A stretch of 64,000 nt of DNA from contig JBHGNT010000014.1 of NCBI GenBank assembly GCA_043228905.1, positions 1,674,001-1,738,000 on the forward strand, given 5' to 3'. Shown in pieces: positions 45,517 to 56,600 of the stretch. Within the stretch, counting starts at the first letter, position 1. Every line of letters begins with the position of its first letter. The notes beneath the pieces were generated by a model. That model saw only the letters and a program-made list of their open reading frames with translations. It did not search any database and had not been told where the DNA came from. Source of the stretch: Azolla caroliniana (lineage: Eukaryota > Plantae > Polypodiophyta). The position numbers were made by a program, and so were the translations under genes.

Positions 45517-48500
45517 TTATTCCCCACCCGTCGGTTCTTCTTTGGTTTCGGATCGTTCGTCGTCCCGGTCCAGGTTATCCGGATCCGGCTCGTCGTCGTG
45601 ACGCTTCTTAAACGCTTTGATCCGCTTCCCAGCTACCGGTATCGCCATTCTCGTGCCGTCGAGTTCCGCCAGATGGTACGTCCCGTTGTCGTTGGCGCTT
45701 TGTACCACGTAAGGCCCGAACCACCTTCTTGCGAACTTCCGTGTCGCTCGGTGCTGGTTGTCGAGGCTGTTGTCGTAGACTAGCACCCTGTCGCCTTCCT
45801 CGATCTTCTTCGGCCGGAGCCAGTGCGTCCGGTCGAACCGGGCTTTGTTCCTCGTCCTTGCCACCCGAAGCTTTTCCGCAGCCTGCTCCACGTCCTCCGG
45901 TCTTCGCTCGAGCTGTCGTATACGCGCCGCCAGCAGTTCCTCCCGGCTCATCTCGTCTCTCCAGTCTACGGTTGCCCACGAGGAGATCGTACGTTCCATC
46001 GGCATGACCGGCTTCTGCCCAAACATGAGCTCTGCCGGCATGAATCCGGTTACCGAACTGTGCGTAGTTCGGTCAGCCCACAACGCGTAAGGCAGCAGCC
46101 GCGGCCAGTTCCCGACTTGCCCCCCGCATGCCCATACTAACGCCTTGACAATCGGTCCGTGTCCGCGCTCCACCTTCCCATTCGCCTCCGGATTGTACGC
46201 AGTGGTAAGCGAGAGCTTGACTCCTAGCCGGTCGAACAGCTCCTCGGCCTCTTCGGCGTCCACCTCCCCGCGATTAGCCACGATCTTCCCGACGCACCCG
46301 TACCGGCATATCATGTCCACGACCAGGAACCAACATACGGCCACGGTCGTTTTGTTCTAAAGGGCTCGGCCTTCCACCTAGTTCGTCAGATCTTCCCGAG
46401 CCAGGACCAGATACCGCATCTGTCCTACGCCCATCGGCATCGTCACCAGATCTACCATCCATTTGAAGTGGATGGTCGGAGGGTACATAGGGTGAAGCTC
46501 GTCCCGATGCCGGACTATGGAGTGCATCTGACAACTCTCGCAAGTTGTTACGAACCGATGCACGTCCCGGTACAGTCCCGGCCACCAGTACTTCCCCTTT
46601 ATCTTCTCGAACGTGGCCCACGTTCCACGGTGTCCAGCCCAAGGGCTGTCATGGTAGGCCGTCAGCAGCTCCTCCTGTTCTTCCTTCATCACCACCACCC
46701 GGAGCGGGACGTCGTTCCTCTTCTTCGGGTACTTCCATAAGTATCCGTCCCGGAGAAAGAATCGGTAAGCTTTCTTCCGGATCCGGTTGGCCTCGTCTCT
46801 CGTCCACGACGCATCCGGCGTCATTGTCCTCAAGAAACCACCGATCCGCAGCCACTCGCCGTCGTACTTGCTCTCGTCGAAGCCGTTAAGTGCCGGAGTG
46901 CTCGTCCCATCGGTCGTTGCGTACGCCGTCTTGAAGAAGTCCACGCCGACTTCTTCGTCCTCCGAAATCATGCCGCCCTCGTCATCAAACCTCGCCCTCG
47001 AAAGCATGTCGGCCATGGCGTTGTCCTTTCCGGAAATGTGCCGTATTTCCGGGTCCAGGGACTTGATGTACGCTATCCACCTGAGCATCGCCAGGTCTGG
47101 TGTCGCGCATCCGGAAACCATGCCGAGAATTGGCAGGCAATCCGTCTCGATAATCACTTCTATCCCGATCAGGTAGTCTTTGTCGGCCTTTACTGCCGAA
47201 ACGATACCCCAGAGTTCGCGTTTAACCTGGGCGTGCCCTCGCTGTCGCTCACTGAGGACCTTTGCGCCAAATCGGATCGGGAACCGGATGCCATCCTCGT
47301 CTTCTTGGTTGATGACCCATCCAATCCCGGTCGAGCTCGTATCCACCGTTATGTATACCGGGGTACCCTTCTCGTAGACAACCTTCCGGAGCGCCGGTGC
47401 TGCCGCAAGAGCTTCCTTTAGCTTCCGGACCGACTCCGTGTGCTCGTCTCGCCACTCGAATTTTCGCCCTTTCTTCAGCAACCCGTATAGCGGCTCCACA
47501 ACGTGGGCGTAATGTGGTAGAACGTGCATGCCCCCAGGAACCTCCGAACTTCCGTAACCGAGCTACAATCGGTCTTCATCGCGGAGATGGCTTCTACTTT
47601 TGCCGGAGACGGCTTCCGGCCATACGGTCCACACAGGTGTCCGACCACCAGGATTTCTGATTGCCCGAAGGCCGATTTCTCCCCGGAGAAGGTGAGCCTC
47701 GCATCCTCTAGCCTTTGTAGCACCTTCTCGCAGTCGTCGATGTGTGTTGCCACGAATCGCCGGCATCCGTCCGGCCCGACTGTCTCGTCCTTCTCTTCCA
47801 CCGGGCAACCCTTTATCGGGATGTCGTCCAGAAATGGCATGGTGATGTCCGGGACGCAATCCCTCAGTACCTTGTTCATTGCATTCACCATGTGGACCAC
47901 CGAGTTGGTCCCTCCTTGTGGCAGGGTACACATTCGCACTAGGCCGAGGGGAGTTCGCATCGTCGTAATATCTCTGCTCTCCACGGCTAGCTGGAACTGG
48001 TCGTACCCCGAGTACAGATCACCGACCAAGTAAATCGACCTTCCGGCGAAGGCCTCCGCGAACTCGTCTATGGTCGGTCCGATTGCTGCGTTCCGAATGG
48101 TCACTCTGTTGACCGGCTGCAGGTCCTGAATGAAGCGCAATGTTTCGTTTTTCTTTGGTATGGTAAACCATCGGTTCGAGTATGGCGCGCTCGACGGTTC
48201 GAGAATACCCATATCGACTTTCTGCCTCAGTAGCTCCATCAACTCCGAGATGTGAGCTCTCGGTACTGGAATCGGTTTGAGATTCCACGGCACATGCGGT
48301 ACCGTGAATATCACCATCGGCTCCACGATCATCGGGTCTACGCACCCGATCTCTTCCAGTGAGAATGTGAAGGCCTTTCCGTGCCTTCCGAGCATTCTCC
48401 GAAACCGGTCTTCCTCCGTCGGCAGTAGGAACCCGCCCCCACCGATCTTGAGCTCCCGGAGCGTCCCGTCGGTGAAGGTGTGTCCTATGCAGGCCGGATC

Positions 48501-49007
48501 TCGTAAACTGGGGTCCGACGCAACCCCTCTGATTCGGGACTCACTGCCCTCCGGTAAGGGTGCCGTGACTGGCCTTAACTTCCGGTCCACAGTCTTGTAC
48601 TTCGTGCTAACTCGGGCTGTCCGATCCGACCGGAGCCCCTGGCTGAAGTTCGCGATGACTTCGTACATCTCTTCGGAACATACCGGTATCGTTCGGTCTT
48701 CGTTCAAGTCTTCTCCGGCTACCTTCCTCAGCATCCCCAAGGTGTCGTCGAAGGAGACCGCCTCCACGGCCCCGCTGATTTCCTCGTCCGGGCTGAGAAC
48801 TCCGCGCGCTCGAAGTTGCACTTCTGCCCTTGCCTTTTCTCGGCCAACGATGCCGACTATCATACACCCTCCGTTATTGGAGAAGCAGAATTTTCTGCCT
48901 ATCGTACAAGGTTTCTTCGGTTTCGGTTCTATCGTACAGCTGTGGGGTCTTTCCCGAGTGTCCGGACTGTCTCTGCCCCACGCCTTGGCAGCCCTCTCTA
49001 AAAATCC
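45517..49007 (-). pseudogene. RT-RNase H-INT ORF2 of G
   Basis: DLYSGYDQ, LPQGGTN, FLDDIP, DTSSTGIG, H-H-CC, NGKVERGH, WFGPY; frameshift near 47510 and stops near 46360-46380. Confidence 0.92.
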
Positions 49008-51124
49008 TCCCGGTTCTCGCCACCGAGGGATTCGCGGTTTCGCTCGTGGTTCGGTCGCACCGTCAAAAATTGGACCGAATGGCGCCCGTCCTGGCTTTTA
49101 ACCCTCGCGTAGGCCGAACCGTTGTCCAGCACCTTGGTCTCCATTCGCGCCACCGTGATGTATGGTTCTCCTAATATGACCGGGTGCGAGGACGTCTCCT
49201 GTACGAAGAAGTGCTGGTCAATCTCGACGTCGCCAATCTTGACTCACACGTTCGGGCAGGCCCCGTGCAGTTCCTCGGTGGCGCGCGTCACCGCTCGTAT
49301 CTTCCACCCGTGCTTGGTGTTGATCGGCCACTTTCCCTTCTTATAGAAGTCCATGGACATCAGGTTTATTTCCGAACCGTGGTCCACCAATGCCACCACC
49401 GGTTCCTGAACATCTCCGATCTTTACCGGGGTCTCTGTGGTCGCTCGGGCCCAGTGCGGCCTTGAATAGTGGCTCTCCGCCCACTCATCTTCCAGCGCCA
49501 TGTCGTCGATGTGCGTCGTTCGCACCTCCACCGGTCTTTCTGGTTCCGTCTCCGTCGACAGCCTCTTCCGTTTCACCAGGTCCACAATGGAGTCGTGGAA
49601 CTCCTTCTTGGCGATCCCTAGCACCTCCCGCAATGACAGCTCCACTTTGTTGTCGAGGATCCATTCTTCTAGGACTTTTCGTAGGTTCGTAGTCCTTTCT
49701 ATTTCCGTCCCCAGTCGGTATCCGCCCTTCCTAGGGTTATCTTGCGAGCTAGACCCACCGGCATCGTTCCGTCGTTGCCCGAATCGGGTCTCGTACCGTT
49801 GTGAGGGCCCGGCTGCTCCGGCTTTCCCCACTCGTTTGTCCTCTACCAGAGCCTCGTAGTTCCGGCAGGCGGCTTCTACGAAGCCTGTCTTCTCCTCGAC
49901 CGGATCGCTCCACCCGGTTATTTCCCGGACCCGTCTCTCAGCGCGGTCCATTTCATCTTTCCTTAGCCGTGCACCGGCAAGACCTTCCAGCATTGCCGAC
50001 CAGAATTCGTCTTTGCCCTCCTTTCGGGCCTCGCTGCCCCCGACCCGAATGCCGGCCGACGTCGAGTAGTGGATGGCCTCCACGTGTCGGGCCGCTGCCT
50101 CTTCCATCAGTCTCTTCATTCCTCCTCGCCCGTCGTTTCAGTTTAGGGCCCTTCTGGTGTCGCCGGCGTGCACCCGGCCTTCCCACAGGTACACCACCCG
50201 GTTCCTCAACGCTTCTGCGAAATCGCCGCAGTCCTTCCGAATATGGCCGACCTCGTCGCACCACATGCACCTGTTCCCTGCTACCGGCCGTCGGTCACGA
50301 GCTGGTTCGCCGCCTTCCCTTCGAGTCTGGGCGATCTGGAGATCCTTTATCGCCCGCGTCAACTCCTCCAACGCTGCTCCTCCGGACGAGCCACTGACCA
50401 TGCCGGTCGAAGCCGGACCGGTTTCGAGCCATTCCCGGGTTTCTTCCCTTCGCCCTTGTGGTGTCGGTTCAAGCCTCCATGCTGTGACAGAGCCCGCACC
50501 AGCCGCCCCGTTGTCAGCCCATTCTCGCCGTTTGTCGAAACGGCCACAGACTCTCTTAACCGCAGCCCAGTCGGTCGTCAGCCCGTCTTCGGTTTCCAGC
50601 AAGGAGCCGACTTGATCCCGATCCCGCTCGTCCACCGACTTGACGAACAGTAGGACCCGGCTCGTATCCAGAATGGTTCGGTCAAGCGCCGAAAGGCGCG
50701 CAAAGCGTTCTTCGAACTCCCGGAGGAGTGCCAACGCGTTTCTTCCCTTGCCGGGGGACTCCATCCACTCCATGAAGTCCCGTTTCGAAAGCCGGAGCGT
50801 ATCGTCCAGCCCGTATTTTTCTAGGAGTCGACCTTCGAACTCCTCCCAGGTACGGCTCTCCACCCGCACCTCGAGCACCTCCGCATGGATGCTCAACATC
50901 GCCACTCGAGGGAACCCGGCAAGACGCCTCTCTTCCGGAATGTCCCGCATCAGCATTTCTACCCCGTAGGACGCCAAATACTTCGTGGCGTCCTTTCCGC
51001 TGAACCGGCCGATCGTACCGACAAACGCCTCAATGGCTCTATCGAGGGCACCGGTGCCCTCGCGTGCGCTCAATATCCGATCCACTGCCGAAGCCATGGC
51101 CTCCGCAAGATCCGACCCCTTCAT
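48998..51124 (-). pseudogene. Gag-protease ORF1 of G (one frameshift near 50138, one TGA at 49244)
   Basis: CMWCDEVGHIRKDC, ALVDHGSEIN, VILGEPY; ends EDF* at 49000-48998. Confidence 0.88.
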
Positions 51125-51146
51125 CTTCTGCTCTTCTGCCGCCTCC

Positions 51147-51164
51147 TTCACGTCGGGTTCACCA
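51147..51164 (-). promoter_or_regulatory. PBS, tRNA-Trp (element G)
   Basis: Same 18-mer as in D, 3 nt from the LTR. Confidence 0.85.
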
Positions 51165-51808
51165 AGATGTCGAGGTATTCCTCGCGGATGCGTGGAATGA
51201 GGCGGGACCTCGGGGGTCTTGTACCGAAGAGCAAGAGAGAAAGGAGAAGGGAACCCACTACGTGCGAGCGTAGATTCGCAGGGACACGGCCCTTCGACAC
51301 AAAGACGCGAGTGGGACAGCGACACAGATAGACACGAATGTATGTATGTATTAACAAAGACAAACAACAAGAACACGAAGTCGGTTACAACCGAACAGGC
51401 CGGCGAACAGATGCCGATGCCTGTTCGTAAACGCACAGAAAGAAAGGAGTAGGTTGGAGGTGTTGCCGGAAGCACTCGGGCATTCCTCAGAGCAGCGCGA
51501 GCCTCCCAAAACCTGCACAGAAAGAAGCTATGGAGTTTGGAAGAGAGAGAAGCCTTCGGCCCACAATCCGACAACACTTCATCCTCTCTTACTTCGCGAT
51601 CCCTCTCCTCCTCCTCGTCTCCCTCCTTTTATAGGCAAGGAAGGAGCCGTTTCCTATTAACTTCCTACCTACCGAATCTACCTACCTAGGATCTTCTATG
51701 TCCCTAATTCTCTCTTATGTACAACGTAAGGCGTACGTGCATGAAGAGCCGGTTCCTATGCTCCGGCGCACCGATTCCGCTCGTGGACGGTTTTCTTCAC
51801 GACAACGC

Positions 51809-53695
51809 GGCCAACCCCCCGCCATATTCGATGGGACACTGGGCAATCCCACAGAGCTTATCGTATTGATTCTACTGCATTTGGGCACTCTACACAATTA
51901 GGAGAGCTAAGGTTCCCACGTTGCCATGCTCCCACTAGTAGTGACTTATGTATTAATAGCCATTGGAATGTTGTAATTTGCCTCGTGTGTTGTTGTTTCT
52001 AGATTTTCTACCAAAACTTGGTGATAATTGTGTGAGGAACTTGAAATGTGTGCTAGACCTTTGCAGCAGTCGGCTCTCGGGTGGTTTGAGCAGCTAGAAT
52101 GTGGCGACCCAATCTAGTTGTGAATTGGAAGAAATGGATGGGTTTGCTTCCTTTCCCCGCGTAAGGATCCCACCATGTCCATTGCAAAGGGTCCCAACTG
52201 ACCTTATGTAGCCATGTGTTTTCATGAGTACATATGTGCCAATCGGGTTGTACTTTGATCGAATCAGGATCTACAATCCCTTTATGACCAATATACGTGA
52301 GTACTCGAATTGCGTTATTCTGTGTTGGTGTCTCAGTGTCTCGCAATTCAGAGCCTTCGATCCTGTCTGGTGTTCCCCCACCTCTCGAGATCAAAGATCC
52401 CTCCACCTCGTAGCCTATCCATTTCTCCATTGTCATCTTTTGAGTAGTAGCTTCCCTAATCAGTAGAGCGTTAATGATTTCCGATCTCATAGTCCATCCA
52501 CCCCTGATTCCATGGAGTATGTTGGCTTGATCTTGTGGTGGCAGTGACATAAACCGTCTCCAACATTCTATACTTTTTTCTAGACCTTCTGCAATGTATA
52601 CCCATGATAACCCCTTATGTGATCCTAGTAGTTGATTAGATTCATCCTTGATACATGGGTTCCATAGGATACGTTGACTGAGCCAGGCAAGTTTGGATCT
52701 CGGTTGATCGCACTTGAACCCTCGTCTAATGTCACACCATGCCTTCCACATGGATGCAATGAATCCATCCTCCAATTGGCGGGAGAAATTAGGTTTGAGA
52801 TCCATGTTAGAACCCATCCCGTTTCGGGGGCCCAGTTGACCCCTTTTCGTGGCCTAAAGTAAGTGAAACGTAACCGCAATAGCATTTTCCAACAGTCATT
52901 TCCTGGTTGGAGTTATCGCACCACAAAATTGGCAAGTAACGCTTTTGATTGTGAAAGGGGATCAATAAGAACCAATCCCCCTCTCGACTTCAGTGTTGTG
53001 AGTATAGGCCACACCACCTTGGCGTGAGTTACATGATCTTCTTTACCAGACCAAATGTAGTTGCTTACCAATCGTTGAATCTGATGTATACTTTCCTTGG
53101 AGATTTTCCAACATGATAGACTGTACCATGCTATTGCAAGTAGTACCTGGTTTGCCACTATGATGCGACCCACTAGCGACAGTTCTTTCGAACTCCAATG
53201 TATCAACTTTTGTCGAATGGAATGGATAATGGGTGCAATCATAGTCTCCGGCGATATGTTGAAACCAATTTGGAAACCCAAATATTTGGTGCTCACTCCT
53301 TGATTGATCCATTTGAAAGCGGGATGTGGGTGCCACGCAAGATGTGTTTCATGAGAACGCCATATTGCACAAGATTTGTGCCAATTGATCACGGCATTGG
53401 ATCTCTTGCAAAATACGGCTTAAACCCCTTTCTAGCTTTTGGAGGTTTGCCAAGCCCCCTTGTAGGTAGACCACTGTGTCAACTACAAATTCTATATCCA
53501 GGATGCTTTGGTGAGAATGAGGTACGGGAAGACCACATAGGTTGAGATGCCGCGAGTTGAGAAAGCAAGAGAGTGCTTCGGTGTATAATAGAAATAAGGA
53601 TGGAGCTAGTGGGCATCCCTATCGTATAGATCGGGATATTCGGAAAAAGGGGCCCCTTTCACCTGCCAGTGAAACGCAATTGTTGTCGTTCCTAT
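51809..53695 (-). pseudogene. LINE ORF2 RT C-part and thumb
   Basis: SIR*GCPLAP, INWHKS, KYLGF, LSLVGRI, GGLVLID. Confidence 0.88.
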
Positions 53696-56600
53696 TGTTG
53701 AGAATCAAGCTCAACTTGGTCTAGTGTGTGAACTCACCTTGAGAGTGAAGAGACACTTCAACGGACAAGAGTCACCATTATGTCACCACTTTGTATTCTA
53801 GCATTTAGTATGAGTCATAGAATCATATTCTATGACACATAACTTATGAGCTTTCACATTCCCCATGCTCCATGAGCCTTGTAGTTAATGAAGAGAGAGG
53901 GTGACTACATAAATCACCCTCCTCCCACCTTGTATAATGTTGAGTCTTTGTCCTTTGCTAAAATACTTAACCTTGCGTATACTCTGTGTCTCTCTCTCTC
54001 TCTATCTCATACACATATACACACACAATTCACACCTATTCCGCTTCACAAGAATCCATCTCTTGATTCTTTACATGGTATCAGAGCGATTTGGTAGCTC
54101 GATCTAGCCCATTCGCCTCATCGTGATCGTGTGTTGTGCTCTACGCCGATGACCAAGAACCGGCTCATAGCTATCGTAGCGTCGCTACATAGCTCGCATT
54201 CGAAGAGAGAAGAAGAAGAAGAAGAATCGACATAATGAATACTCAAATGGGGAGCGCTCTCCCTACCGAGAAGTTGGATCGAAACAACTTCGCATCTTGG
54301 GAGTACAAGATGCACCAATACCTTGTCGGACAAGGCTATTGGAGCTACCTCAAAGGAGCACATGAAGACCGACCCGCCGAAGCGGCTCCCGGATACGTGC
54401 CATGGGAGCAAGCCGCAAGCCGCGTGATGTATTGTTTGGCGACATGTGTTCACGGCCACATGCTCAGTTACATTCGAGAAGCCAAGACGCCGAAGGAAGC
54501 GTGGGAAAATCTACGAAAGATTTTCGCCGCCAACACGACTGTGAGGAAGCTTCAACTCCGCCAAGAGTTGAACAACATTCAACAAAGGGATATGTCCATC
54601 ACGACATACACCTTGAAGATCAAGGAGCTTTGTGCCTCGCTCGGCTCAATAAGCGTAAGTATAGATGATGATGAGATGGTGCAAATATGCCTCGGCGGCC
54701 TCGCACCACGGTTTGGCACGATGCGAACCGCCATTCTAGCACGGGAGAAATCTCCCTCCTTCTTTGAGCTCCAATCAATGCTATTGGTCAAAGAAAACCA
54801 CGTGCGTACAAGGAGCAATGAGTCGGAAGGCCACATGCTCTACACGCACTCTAATGGAGGAAGAGGACGCGGACGAGTGAGAGGCCGATTCAGCCAAGGA
54901 CAAGGCGGACGAGGTTCGACCTACGACAACAACTCCCAATTTCGAACGCAAAACGGAGGCCAACGAGGAACCTTCACAAGAAGGGGGAGCTTCCACTCCG
55001 GCCCGAGCCGTCAAAACGCAACCGAATGCGGATATTGCGGAAAGCTCGGCCACCACGAAGACGAGTGCCGAAAGAAGTTGCAAGAATCGGCTTCCACAAG
55101 CCGACAACTCACGAATTACGCACAAAATTCCGACTACGAAGAGTATAGCGGAATGTACGGGAACAACTCCGACTACGAAGATCGTGGTGGAATGTATGCA
55201 CGCAACTCCGACCGTGGCGGAATGTTCATGATGAAACATAGAGCAAACTCTATGTCGGCCTCTACCTCAACTAGTGCCCTCAATCCGGAGGACATATGGT
55301 TTGTAGACTCCAGAGCCTCAAATCATATGACATCCCATAAAGAATGGTTTCTTGAACTTCGAGAGCCAGAGAGACCCGGTTATGTCGAAACCGGAGATGA
55401 CACTACGCACCCGATTCGGCACATCGGCAATGTTCCGTTTGGCGAAAGAGGTAAGCAAACATACATTAAAAATGTCTTGCATGTACCCACCATCACAAAG
55501 AATTTGGTCTCGGTTGGCCAAATGGTTGAGCAAGGGATGCAAGTACGATTCAACCAAGAAGGGTACTTCATCGAAAAAGAAGGCCGAATCATCGCACACG
55601 GTAGAAGAGAGGGCCGGATGTTCATTCTCGATTTGCACGAGATGAAATCCGCCATGTTCGCGAAAAGCACGAAAGCTAACTCCGACATAGAGCTATGGCA
55701 TAAGCGAATCGGCCACATCAATCTCAACAAACTCAAAGCAATGAAGTCGAAAGGGGATTCAAAGAGAAGGAGATTCAAGGTGTATGCGAAGCGTGCCAAT
55801 TCGGCAAGCAACACCGACACCCATTCCCGAAGGAGCGGAATGTGAGCAAAGGCGTACTCGACGTAATTCATTCCGATGTATGGGGTTCGGCCCAAACGGC
55901 GACATTCGGTGGATGCCGATATTACGTGCTCTTCATCGACGACTTTTCTAGGCACACTTGGATCTATCCGATGCGGCAAAAGATCGAAGTGTTCGGACAC
56001 TTCCAAAAGTTCAAGAATGAAGTCGAGAAAGCCATGGGCCGACATGTACGATGCCTTCGATCGGATGGCGGCAAGGAGTACTTCTCAAATGATTTCACGG
56101 CGTATCTCCGAAAGGAAGGAATTCGGCGAGAATTCACTTGCCGACACACTCCGCAACAAAACGGAGTAGCCGAGCGCAAAAATCGGCACATCCTCGAAGT
56201 AGCACGGGCCATGATGAACGAGAAGCATATGCCCAAGTCATATTGGGCCGAAGCGGCAAATACGGCCGTCTACCTAATGAACCGGTGCACAAAATCCGGC
56301 GTGCACGAGGTCACTCCGCACGAAAGATTCTTTGGAAAGAAGCCGAACCTATCACATGTTCGGATATTCGGCTCCATTGCATACGTGCACATCCCCGACG
56401 AGAAGCGTCAAAAGCTCGACCCGAAGTCGGAGAAATGTATCCTCATAGGATACTCACTAGAGCAAAAGGGGTACAAGTGCTACAATCCCTCAACTCGAAA
56501 ATCTCGGGTAAGTTGAGACGTCGTCTTTGATGAGCCCGCATCCTGGTACGCACCAGAGACAACTTCGCCTCCGACTCCGCTCGACCCGGAATCCACCGAA

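Larger units (their letters stand above)
44807..51804 (-). mobile_element. Element G: non-chromovirus Gypsy of a fungal-like type (FLDDIPIKG RT)
   Basis: 637-bp LTRs at 44807-45443 and 51168-51804 (about 7 transitions); PBS 51147-51164; PPT 45444-45459; 4-bp TSD ACGT/ACGC. Confidence 0.95.

Noticed and set aside
51125-51577. N-terminal 151 aa of the 479-aa ORF
   Set aside because: Runs through the LTR and PBS; Gag more plausibly starts at MKGSD (51124), matching the start position in D.
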